Part shown: positions 60,801 to 64,000 of the stretch, piece after piece | How the letters are laid out: the number at the start of each line of letters is the position of its first letter | Numbering within the stretch: the stretch's first letter is position 1 | NCBI GenBank assembly: GCA_947591785.1 | Contig: CANQDK010000007.1 | Location: 4,986-68,985 of the forward strand | Source: an uncultured Clostridia bacterium | GTDB taxonomy: Bacteria > Bacillota > Clostridia > Christensenellales > UBA1242 | Direction: 5' to 3' | DNA: 64,000 nucleotides | Made by a program: the position numbers and the translations under genes | Notes under the pieces: model-generated | What the model saw: the letters and a program-made list of their open reading frames with translations, nothing else | The model's database searches: none | What the model was told of the DNA's origin: nothing

Positions 60801-63800
60801 CATAAGTTGCAGTATAGGAACTTGGTCCACCATTTCCACCATTCATATTAAAGGAGACTGTAACTGACTGTCCTACCCATTTGGCAGTTATGGTTGTGTC
60901 TGCTGTAATTGTAATGGAATCAGTTTTACCATAAGTTTTTGTTCCAATAATCCAACCATCAAGAATATAGCCTGTTCTTTGAGGTAAATAACCTGATAAT
61001 GAAAATGTTCCTCCATATTTCACTTTCGCAGTTTTGGAATTACTATCATTTCCCTGACCCCAATTTCCACCATTAGGATTAATGGTAACTGTATAAGTCT
61101 TTATTGTAAACTGTGCATAATATCTTGTCGAAGACGTTGATGTCCATGTTGAAAGCAAACTACCTGAGCTATTAATTTTTTGTGTTCCACCTGAATCTGC
61201 TGTATACCAACCATTAAATGTATATCCTGTTTTACTTGCTGTCGGCTTTACTGTTGTCGTCGATGACGTTGATGAATATAATGAAGAACTGTTATATTGT
61301 GCATAAACGGTTGAATAATTTGCTGAATCTCCAGTATTTTTATCAAGAGTTATTGCATACCTATTAACTGAATATTGAGCATAATATGTTGGTGTGGATG
61401 TTGAAGACCAAGAACTTACCAAGGAACCAGAATTATCAATCATTTGTGTTCCACCTGAAGATGCTGTGTACCAACCATTAAATGTATAGCCTGTTTTGCT
61501 TGCTGTCGGCTTTACCGTTGTCGATGAAGTTTCTGACGAATATAATGTTTTACTGCCATACAGTGCCCAAACAGCCGAATAACTAGAACTTCCACCATTT
61601 GTTGTGCTAAGCGTTATTTTATATCTTCTCGCGGTATATTGTGCATAATATGTCACATTGGATGCTGCGGCAAATGCCGAAATTAATTTTCCTGAACTAT
61701 TAATCATCTGCGTTCCGCCTGAAGATGACGTATACCAACCAGAAAATGTATATCCTGTCCTGCTTGCTGTCGGTGTTACCGATGTTGATAGATCCTCTTT
61801 GGTATATAAGGTTGTACTTCCAGACTGCGTCCAAACCGAAGAGTAACTACAACTTCCACCATTTGTGGTGCTAAGCGTTATTTTATATTTGTTTGCTGTG
61901 TATTGTGCATAAAGTGTTCTATCTCCTGCTACTGTATAAGAAGTTACCATGCTCCCTGAAGAATTAATCAATTGTGAACCACCCGACTTTGCAGTATACC
62001 AACCATTAAATGTATAACCACTCTTGCTTGCTATAGGTGTAGCTGTTTCACTTCCAGATAAAGCTTTATATAAAGTTTTACTATCATATAATGCATAGAC
62101 AGTAGTACCTCCACTTCCACCGTTAGCATCAAGCGTTAGTTTATATCTTTTTGCACTAAATCTTGCATAGGCAGTAGTCCAAGATTTATAGAAATTTGAA
62201 TAAACAACCCTACCAGAAGAATTAATCAGTTGAGAGCCTCCACCAGAAGACGAATACCAGCCCAAAAAGTCATATCCCGTTTTAGACGAAGTAGGAGAAG
62301 TTGTTGAAGTGCTGGTATAAGACGATGATGTATATAAATCTGAAATACCATACACCATATATACCGTTGTATACGAGGGCTTAGTCCCTCCATTAGAAGA
62401 ATAGTTAAGCGTTACCGAATGCCGTTTGGGGTGAGTATCGGCAGTATAGTGAACTCCACTGAAATCATAGGTCCAATTACTCGAAAAAGTTCCCGCAGTA
62501 CGAGTAAATTTAGATGGAGCACTAGTTGCAAAAGTCGACCAAGTCCCCTCAAATTCTTGTTCAGAATCAATGCCGCTTGGAGTTGATGGTGTGACAGTTG
62601 ACCCACTTGAATTAAACAACTTATTAGAACCATAATGTGCATAATAAGTGTTATAACTTGCTGAAGTACTGCTTCCATTATGAAGATAAACGGCATAGGA
62701 TTTTTGTGTCCATACAGGATAAAGCTTTACATCGGAACCAAAACATGTAAAACCACTTACTGTTATTGTAGAACCACTAGTTGTTGACCAACCACTGAAA
62801 GTATATCCTGTTTTTGATGGAGTCCTTCCTGAAGGGATTGTAAAATATTCTCCACAAAAACCATAATCCGTATAAGACAGCCCATCGTAAGTTATGTTAG
62901 ACCTTCTTGCATAATTCGCATAAAGGGTGATTTGACAAGCATTATTTGCACCACTTTTTGCTGTTGCTTCCGATGTTGTTACGTTTCCACTCCCATAAGC
63001 GTATATTGTCGATGATGTCCAAGTATTCGTTCCAGCTGTTTTCCCAAATCCTCTAAATTGATAATAAATGTTAGGAGCAGTTCCAAGAGAGATTGGAGAT
63101 GTTGTATAAGCACTTAATTTAAAATATCGCTTATATGAAAACATATGAGAATAAGCATAATGAAAATAAGAGAAATATTGATTGTAATTTCCACCGGATG
63201 AACTTCCGTATTTTGATTCATAGGTTCCCGCTGTAAGTTTTCCTAAAGTACCATCATCGACATACCATGTAAGCATTAATTGTTGTAGACTTGTTGCCGT
63301 ATTACTAACATTTAAGCCACTTGTATATACTGGGTTAACAGAGGAACCATTCCCGTATTTCACATAAAGATAAATCGTAAAATTATGGTCTGTCGTTGCA
63401 TAAGTTTCTTCATCTCCGTCTGAACCATCTCCTTTTTCTTCACCTGTTTCACCATTTTCTCCATCAGGGTCTGTTTGCGTTTCTGCATTTTCTTCTCCAT
63501 TTTCACCATTTGAAGGCTCATTTTCTTGAAGGTTTCCATCAGGATTTTCTGTTTCTTTATTCGTTCCATTTCCATCGTTTGTTCCATCAACCGTGCCAGA
63601 TTCTTCTTGCTCTTCATCTTGATTATCAATTGAGTCTTGTGCATTTTGAGTTTCAGAAAATTCTTCCGAATCTTCACTTGCGTCAGGGTTGGATGATAGA
63701 GGGTCGGAATAGTATATAGTTCCGTCTCCGTCATCAACATTTTCATTGTCAACATTGCCTTCCTCTGCAGTAGAAATGCTTTGCTCATTCAAAGTTATTC

Positions 63801-63921
63801 TGTTGTTTTGAAGTAGAACAAGTCCTGATGTCAAAGTCATTGAAAAAATCAAAAATAAGAAAGATAGCACAACCCTGCCAAATCTTCCTGCCTTTTCAAA
63901 ATCTCTTATTTCTTTTTGCAT
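39853..63921 (-). CDS. giant (8,022 aa) repeat-built cell-surface protein: N-terminal signal/anchor, acidic spacer, ~50 Listeria-Bacteroides (Flg_new) repeats, MucBP-like and Ig-like modules, C-terminal TM anchor
   Basis: Single ORF of 24,069 nt. GGAG lies 8 nt before the ATG. N-terminal hydrophobic VVLSFLFLIFSMTLTSGLVLL. Repeat units such as YKITLSTTNGGS...TGYTFSGWYT...YYAQYT match the Flg_new/TIGR02543 pattern (GYxFxGW...LYAxW). C-terminal WLWILIIIILVLVLIVALALII followed by RRKRDKKRK. No competing ORF >142 codons in any other frame. Confidence 0.9.
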   Translation of the reverse strand: MQKEIRDFEKAGRFGRVVLSFLFLIFSMTLTSGLVLLQNNRITLNEQSISTAEEGNVDNENVDDGDGTIYYSDPLSSNPDASEDSEEFSETQNAQDSIDNQDEEQEESGTVDGTNDGNGTNKETENPDGNLQENEPSNGENGEENAETQTDPDGENGETGEEKGDGSDGDEETYATTDHNFTIYLYVKYGNGSSVNPVYTSGLNVSNTATSLQQLMLTWYVDDGTLGKLTAGTYESKYGSSSGGNYNQYFSYFHYAYSHMFSYKRYFKLSAYTTSPISLGTAPNIYYQFRGFGKTAGTNTWTSSTIYAYGSGNVTTSEATAKSGANNACQITLYANYARRSNITYDGLSYTDYGFCGEYFTIPSGRTPSKTGYTFSGWSTTSGSTITVSGFTCFGSDVKLYPVWTQKSYAVYLHNGSSTSASYNTYYAHYGSNKLFNSSGSTVTPSTPSGIDSEQEFEGTWSTFATSAPSKFTRTAGTFSSNWTYDFSGVHYTADTHPKRHSVTLNYSSNGGTKPSYTTVYMVYGISDLYTSSSYTSTSTTSPTSSKTGYDFLGWYSSSGGGSQLINSSGRVVYSNFYKSWTTAYARFSAKRYKLTLDANGGSGGTTVYALYDSKTLYKALSGSETATPIASKSGYTFNGWYTAKSGGSQLINSSGSMVTSYTVAGDRTLYAQYTANKYKITLSTTNGGSCSYSSVWTQSGSTTLYTKEDLSTSVTPTASRTGYTFSGWYTSSSGGTQMINSSGKLISAFAAASNVTYYAQYTARRYKITLSTTNGGSSSYSAVWALYGSKTLYSSETSSTTVKPTASKTGYTFNGWYTASSGGTQMIDNSGSLVSSWSSTSTPTYYAQYSVNRYAITLDKNTGDSANYSTVYAQYNSSSLYSSTSSTTTVKPTASKTGYTFNGWYTADSGGTQKINSSGSLLSTWTSTSSTRYYAQFTIKTYTVTINPNGGNWGQGNDSNSKTAKVKYGGTFSLSGYLPQRTGYILDGWIIGTKTYGKTDSITITADTTITAKWVGQSVTVSFNMNGGNGGPSSYTATYGSTYGTKLNTHPTKVGYDFANWRLNSTSGSVITSSSTVSDLKPTLWATWTAHKWTISFNQNCTDTSVKGMPSSYTLAYNSTYGSTLNTSPTRSGYTFAGWYTSATGGTKVTSSSTFQTDSNQTLYAHWNGVAYTVKFNSNLPSGMTTSSLSNMPSDVSAKVGTAFNITSPTLTGYNFAGWSSNSSNGLNTSSAKSGTSTSNVSSWNGTVTKNSYFSDLTLTADASVTLIANWTAKSVTVTLDWDGGAGSVDSITVNYNSNYSNLPTSATTNKPGHTFAGWGTAKQGTGAPNVNVTSSTKVTNANAHTIYAQWTPVTYTLTYDKNGGNGTASEKVVFGKTFTANNGSAFSKTGYHLIGWGETNSAVTYTLGQQNIAYSWTSDKTLYAIWEANSYSIVFNKNYSTTETYEQTGFVYDTAKALSAFNDRAWTRKGYHFGGWAETATGGKLLNDKQEITGAEFTNKPVNNEKKNIYVVWVPNSYTINYYINDTQASYSGELTTSQTGFVYETNKALLTLPTDWAKEGYNFAGWAESRTATSAKFSGGASVNGSTFDVEPLDGGTINLYAVWSARTDIKLEADFGGGKVKGTLPSGWATTQTGATKNVTYDATYGDLPTLEKEGYSFKGWFTSATDGTSVTKETKVDTTSNIKIYAQWTPRNYTITYDANTGSGTATDKVDYDKSFNTNNGKAFSKEGYSIIGWSLTKTTPSKTAEAQFGLGVNLTYNTTNGFSADTTGTITGTTLYAVWKSNVYYIKYVGGDNSTLVSGEDDIDEATYNESCTLKGLVFTRPGYTLLGWSTSQFSQSVTFSLNQKLVYNTANGFSVDTVVDSSSGDKYGTMLYAVWGARRIKIVLDLNDSASEKPYGSTTATGSGYIDGAVWALYDTTHIYQDEEGETTALPIATRDGYDFAGWTISGQDNRNGAVVFDATGRLQKNVSERTDANGNWIYAGEDKSGVLVCVLYAKWIPHNFAIYLNLNNYNGSSLNTTNPVYVVFDDSKIYQSVGDNGVGSGIVTSAQITPTKPIGYTNFNGWAIGKENTAKILITGNAMLNNNDGYVANGKWIRDNNTRINVYAQWEPGSYNVTLTTGGDGATINDTGIATGWDIDSTSTSATKKLTYAEAYGNLPGLDAEGNAVQGQVVKNGYEFVGWTHTFGGGTLKYKDVNSFTLVKPTDLFNPTSFEDNDNETVQTLYAVWKEILYTVTYEGIDDATLSDNAVKSYTVGGTTWTDGTATGEGSDGNPLPTATMRGYKFGGWMPKTTSGTWKSGTIYPTENFSFKGMYGNVTLVAQWEANLIALTLDLNSNGAKNTNSQEALFDGVAQSNETPVTVYVKYDGNEIKVGYKENQLDGQKISALKARTNPEGYLFKGWYIGGTKVIDENGAIIGKWTYSAGDTTITASWEARQFTIHFNNEISPMTETMTATFNSSTLLGKMPTVQKDGFNFSGWGLELGGKTALIDSTGALVPNIEGHTDSVGAWILAGEETLYPIFTPKTIKLTVKKCNNEEDEYLYLKYGIGFYSSIDASNQVVGNALKTLSSYTREGYIFQGYRSGEAGSGIALTDESGNILKDEGVLTFTVKDANIYVNWKAERYSVLLKNSAGATSDLLIYVEYDNSKLFADSEGDTAAVIPVQKNGYTLKGYTVSLGEKTQLLLKVENIEGNNVWSFSNVDGFTENGVWKSDRSDVGSALELFADWSLNSYTITFKANGGTFEFADGSTSTLDQTMSYTIKSPEVKLYITKYQKDTFVGNNFIIRKDGYSVRWLVIADGTDSSIGQTWENARINSIAGNLENIDGVLWGNVVLQAEWSEIDTVITFELDNPTSTVIPAPSGTYTKTIKYNTQNPMIIDEHRDGTPVAARTGFELEGFYTDRTSGNKVFNADGTIVDTEVAGWLSGDGKWIYSQALTGTLYAHWTAVGFSLSYEVGVGVLNVSIKVNDDIVVDKQTKSGSITVIYGSSVEITSIAKEGYSISQWTAGTTSNPETVVGTVAGETATHTFDFLSASAYYVSAHATPKEDIQYVVRFVRQNQNGGWAAYENARTCEDGITDSNLSLAKILRFIDSQEFEGLKGFEYYGSVYYTGLDTEQKRNPAKGFHNLATDEISPEEVFFKVEGDGSLVIEIYYTPKEYYLTYSSTSSDNIVGKWANGYVYENIPYTIYTPIVLPTETNLRAIGYVVTEWEVVSSNGSWNAGEKFSSSILAGQYGDITLRPVFTLEEYNINYTVPNDVVWNNGNRKQTYNYTDEVYLPTAEDMTRVGFNFEEWTETFTFDKWFIGTISSSGDFVASEVGKNSIYTHAFTLRSGVEYSLNTKVDCKVATFNLRGEFIEFLTVADGKFSASQTCVAYLLFEEAPDVSIQSSLVVKGSSAATIPTNSVGNRTYISNWSEVRYALQYNLNDVNDGFGSTEAKIYSADEELTLADNIAYVQFGSTNIYENEFHVDDEIVLKPVASRDGYKFLGWGTSTDKTSLLTDNEGNFLKDISLYTNEFGYWIKTSRTSLFAIWEAETYLLSLVGNGGEIKSVTETSGMTLNSGTTYAYDYVLEFDDENIEFTSQIQRNGYVFTGWARNASGDANRDGITNGSIYVDENIYTSSKTKLYNLATGSNVTLYARWESVFIEVTINLNDHDENGRLQGSTEARLSMTSIAGENGAKAESDEFGNKTYKFYVRYDETFDSAVSDKDTLASARLSDITRATTRHGYNNGGWWINREVTAEESRITPTTPARVEYDAVKDGYFMTLYVRWEAKTFDITYNQNKDGKGNGTTKPVSVIFDSGAVILSEEDLPELAVEGWTLSYWCTTASNGGTKYEFGQEIATGENGLENATTLYARRVENSYRIKYIDKKEGVEYDYPITPIEDIETEKVYRYSERIDLSPRFESRQYKFAGWAYTKDGKEIVLNEENNFGLGNGLFLANGEVDGQVYPTITLYATWEENTEIEYFITYNLNNGEWKNEEEIKHSFHSNELPITLPTEENVQRKGYSFEGWFTTEDFQEYSQITEIVSGTLNDVEVYAKWTANSYYVNLELWRSEAEYSGERKLSATYDVALKIPQEPTCAGYNFAGWSTVSPVKLNEEGKSKYTDDSKDITNALQDKMDADGVVSQEDVQVYLLSINAAGGIYKVKHGSVTSESEMQKYDFYVFNLESETDAEGKIYAMWAGAPTEYRVEYYLEGLDGTYHLDIETTDAGELDTHTGELIGFIDTTVTIAEYEYFGFKFSSEVTEQNNGKLEGDVTQKGEGNITQLVLARYYTRKSFTLTVELKEGVSKIEVTQKGSEKQTLGSDGMKIKYYQEITLEGVPVPGYSFEGFYKDDVKLEDLTFNFADDTHLVAKSTPNKIGYTVEFLYETTDGKDYVSNPEEVKIVPYSGTKTMATALTYADIEEVVNQASHLLTGFYAYSFNDELIENGENLSITIVAEPSSNKIVIKYNRIQYELTLRQSPNVTLKPLADDSYVEKVEKLGDSYAEDTDVDNSTETVYKVRYGTKVVVTISIADGYKLNHFETEPPVVVSTSVEDLTGTFTMPNSNLLVFASISPTLQDYIIKYYVETLENDGEDIVEYQGMRFKSANEMQDLNGETIKDATAQALTGTGIAEVPVDKNLTIKGYTRFDFKADRKLVGDEIVANTNEKIVANPEKTILSIYYTLKEIDVNVSFTPNLIEKIDVTINGYEKTVESFTQNGKFTLKYGTTATLSYKLKSDAEVEGQDGGYQFDGWFIDDAKEPKMSGGAVDTGNYTTEIATVNEENEAKSISVFAKASGKEYVLTFHSNISGESEEKTATQNVLYMTATTLNDNTFTREGYHFVGWTKEAHDDLTREEEDSFVPEYANASPYTLEKIGGDNLYAVWCANTYYVTFSAGEGGSAKSDKVAPTLTVRYDEDFTAQIINGDDYFARTGYHADYWTYQSDSNIVTRLPEEVKNLTKVENRTVELSLVWAENTFTLVYNRNYSSKNKSTEDEDNENVFKEENKTYEENITIKNANTIGFELTGYTFAGWATKKDGQAQYFADDVHNHLNFMVNGDADTQTVTLYAVWNENSYIITFNANTVDNDGDKLYGDTSKIVMPEDITAYYDQKVTTLTKGDVRLTGYVFLGWATKSISESPEDADYKFFALQEDGTFDIEPINLATGTEEDNRVTLYAIWKAETYYVTYELNGGKLAGEHGLDEQNRKSFKISDADLTLLDGDFITRNGYSLTGFEVVSADGNWKTQFPDSTIRLSAKILVNQGTYGDITLKAIWEGTPYKLTIEYFAYIGTPGNRTEKKVLAEKHEVNVNYGETFSVSSPVVRGYSLVNPEQETISGTMEFVGEEDDFASFDGLKYKVVYDAKEIKLNFVENKADGTTGDVTIENAEEDIFVRFGDALDNAYTKLEGAETPLTKFPNGTRKGYKFLGWALTSNGETISTDAFIVDVEEDLTLYAIWEKADSTFDVVFKFENLDDKDFSEDEAHKYLTEDVESKYTGLSAETDTMLDLATVLSKIPLEELPAIDGFAYTSELSIFVAPSADKVLTVEIRYEREYIELTLGGTIDEISVTVEALGINKEADFYVRKLGGATYVRYEAQLKLIGTSSDNGYEITNFSRDDGKSIEAVYEEKVGYTGTLDSMTATHLTITANHQGKLYSITFDANGGQDESGSRTFEMIEKCYMQEVDIEEVATKFTQEGYDKILGWTNDKENLVAQWTNIYVLDKAQGYSEKVTLYAIWQPKDVSVILEANPSNGANVNKLKIFVNDIEKSGFGSEFDVKYNDVLKFYSVYDDTSDFLYGGYAFVSFTAKLHKDADDEVVSFTEGSDEHGTYFYFTIKGLTTVTVNTEPSATTKYKVVHQRQALNGEFTIEEEDEEFSVGMTDVNLNIEYLNSHDKLKTYEGFTAIATVGKDGDGPVYNRFVDKDNDGEQDEDAITVVYVHYQRVHYAVSVEADEDSLSGFNSYEVQSLDEVNDIVDGSNPYNVMYNGRVKVVVSLTSAGYEITNISAKAIKTQGSVGAGGDLVWKTVEGKQGFYLEETLICEFKDLGGYAYEIVSMPAYDIEISLTISPKTFHITYNKNAGDETEPVVKNVVYLTEYTILNISNVVEGGWNYVGYHFVGWATSQGASNAGEVTYKFDNEKDDLSFESYNYTDDLTLYAVWERNSGNYTIEFWFENTTNGDYEQDESLLKSLTGPALTGDIIGIGDVEDSTIIIPMQAVEGFEVFGEDDQTPDGQRNITRIEVKDASSDDLTLKLFFKRLSYDLTVVVDNNSVEKVQIDEGYGIVVTDGQGKVDETENTTTLTAQVKHGVTVSLTMTSKFGYETPTISNVESEGNTFVMPLSADGCEVYVCADASKFKILFIAEEEGAQTENGEKQYEQEVIYKGVDQALIANQFALMGFNFDYWNIQIGENAYHFANGETLTNENMFDLLPDEFFVNGGVLTATAVWTTRGTATKFTVEYHAIDINGEDVILGTVDSMTRETLSSITDEIVQEGFLRIENIEYAGYKFKAIREGCDTQIKPDGSSKTIVDYTLERFNIEFFLTGEGVTETQNYNGFDSVTMTYTQSSKEEGSFTYNDEVEGGTVAEVEYTSSLTVVVTIKEGFEFDYARISAINGEMETKTFESLEENSFTFTLEKACDLNVEIATSLKEITITYHSNFDGEEEEKLSYQTEKWTKDFALAVPKEFAVTGWKIDGWLTDKTHTEIDYEATQFFKFDEETSVYTSSIELWGKWSPNNYTINFDVNGGVTEDGTLGEISSIEAFYGEKKELFTKESLNKFSKIGHTFGGLAISGIENEVKERENLDQINEKGLYLVDEIYYAYNLVTGANGDDEVTVLVVWNPNKYNIMLYKNEDKSASKDIGQVVYGQEGGIKLGSFDNIVKENPNWKWYGHDFKGWQYKDGDEWIEIERCETSDDVVISSTYFTGEKDIELYAIWENGKVDVRVQIIRANIDGGYEGSLLVDEFTIQVDINTSISADSVYRTYVRDNEEYQYVGFDYDLNKTRSNPDLEVTDDESLKNTLVVKVYFLRLSYTLSVEYDESIDETTIQMDSNVNPAYYSGREVDTGNRIVKFSVNYEATVKLVFKPALGYNSPKLEFEAITVKGTVVENATVELEGQTLKMQGSLVEDGIRKYIAGDIYLRVKAEPNPDTPYTIEIYKQKLDGTYSYEVGESAEYTISNERTKGETASLITWNIVSAIIEQETALDLTGFIKDSAEMFEGDVVNGKDILIRGDGKTVVRVRYRRDSFDYTINFNEENEKCPKAFEDYLGIVLYGTALYEEEVSLSFTLKKGYTLAKENITVQIDKGDESRDMEFSWEQEEGSLVVTIKFNMPAENVTITLDPQADMINYTVHIMKQPLNLSDNEEDYEEDISLVEIKTGYVDDELSDEYVGFKENDTTLAGEGFYALKSSIIAGDYLEVDVDKQVYFYYNRIVYNVVVTFNDERNGFDNAMVKRESDEEEIELDSPVTLAFGQTLTLKVSYKQGFKFEDYELAVEGEEVEDKNEAQNNEIERIVTISYTMSKAVTQSVSIVITIAPRDDTPYTLEYYTLSRDGLETKICQSNQVGTTKDTFTEEQLSEFAENISKYVKDFDTLYKDKFNGYEYDNNYSFEVEGVLMEGTAYIDGSGKSVIKFFFTPKQVRITVTYNPEQIEYVDINGEQIYVNASNQNEIYFGDEIEVKVVVKKGYDFVSCVVTVNGEEKTLPGWDEERQSYIFRINESVMNFELTSELSFEIQAKAIEGKSSFILNHYVEILGQEFKLEVTETIEKVKEKDVITNSSVGWGEGYTINLHDLTKQFKGYDYETTDTEYIVSGDGTTEITIRYFLVYVTFSVGKTVGISDVIVEEAEEYGVLSLEDYQGVSVTRYRIKYSAILNLTVDLESGYEFNGWKLNGFDISGSTIERNFRFSVESIEDFKLYANALRKTSSIVFRPNNGSIEFFEQKPLTYGSTMTLQSNTFRNGNKIFVGWGDKDGNLLYFDGATIVVDFERLELYAIWADAEVDLGWLWILIIIILVLVLIVALALIIRRKRDKKRKYMSKQ
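61100..62340 (-). repeat. intragenic tandem repeat array, period 258-264 nt (86-88 aa), at least 4-5 copies
   Basis: The anchor CCAACC(A/C)... (reverse complement of the GW core) recurs at 61207, 61471, 61735 and 61999 (exactly 264 nt apart) and near 62257 (258 nt). There are patches of >90% nucleotide identity, e.g. ACTTCCACCATTTGT(T/G)GTGCTAAGCGTTATTTTATAT in two copies. Confidence 0.75.
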
Positions 63922-64000
63922 AACCTCATCTCCATTTTGATAATCTCTATTTACAAGAAATTTCCAATTTTAAGTCACACAACTTTTCAGCGTAAATTTA

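Noticed and set aside
61100-62340. Regular ~264-nt periodicity considered as a possible CRISPR-like or satellite array
   Set aside because: The period is far too long and there are no short conserved repeats with unique spacers. The array is in frame within the giant ORF and encodes Flg_new protein repeats.
63360-63788. 142-aa (minus, other frame) and 107-aa (plus) ORFs inside the 5' end of the giant gene
   Set aside because: They arise from the purine-rich GAA/GAT/AAT repeat composition of the acidic spacer. They give K/M/E or H/L/F low-complexity translations and have no RBS.
1-64000. Possibility of a Mollicutes-type code (TGA = Trp), given the low GC and reduced-looking genes
   Set aside because: PFOR, GlmS, UvrC, GlpK and the 8,022-codon ORF are full length under the standard code, with every Trp as TGG. 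TGA terminates the YqeY-like gene at its family-typical C-terminus, and the 896-aa gene ends in TGA followed by TAA.

Overview
AT-rich (about one-third GC by eye) chromosomal segment from a low-GC Gram-positive (Bacillota-like) organism. Evidence for that placement: a spo0A homologue, Bacillus-like tRNA sequences and strong GGAGG-type ribosome-binding sites. The genetic code is standard: TGA is used as a stop, and there is no in-frame TGA in the long conserved ORFs.

Most of the window is ordinary housekeeping and metabolism:
- truA (partial), pyruvate:ferredoxin oxidoreductase, glycerophosphodiester phosphodiesterase, Nudix hydrolase, glmS, rsmD, alr, uvrC, tmk.
- An ABC-2 exporter pair.
- A divergent glycerol cluster: glpK-lipase-YhhN opposite a three-gene FAD G3P-dehydrogenase-like set.
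- Four tRNAs: Lys-CTT, Val-TAC, Met-CAT, Arg-ACG.

The window is unusually rich in cell-envelope proteins:
- A 545-aa N-anchored protein.
- A 500-aa lipoprotein.
- A 476-aa BspA-type LRR protein.
- An 896-aa polytopic protein with a coiled-coil tail.
- One uninterrupted 24,069-nt gene (39853-63921, minus strand) encoding an 8,022-aa protein. It has hydrophobic segments at both ends and is built from roughly 50 Listeria-Bacteroides (Flg_new) repeats plus MucBP-like and Ig-like modules. This gene takes 38% of the window and is the stand-out feature.

Secondary points of interest:
- A Spo0A whose phospho-acceptor Asp is replaced by Glu.
- A 59-aa ribbon-helix-helix gene hidden under an over-extended alr ORF.
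- A duplicated tRNA-Met 3' end that looks like an att scar.
- A truncated/intact paralogue pair directly after tRNA-Lys.
- A CCC-DDE-CCC tail on an oxidoreductase.

I saw no CRISPR array, cas genes, integrase, transposase, rRNA or recognisable riboswitch. All domain calls are by-eye motif recognition. No HMM or BLAST search was possible, and coordinates of sub-gene features are approximate to a few nt.
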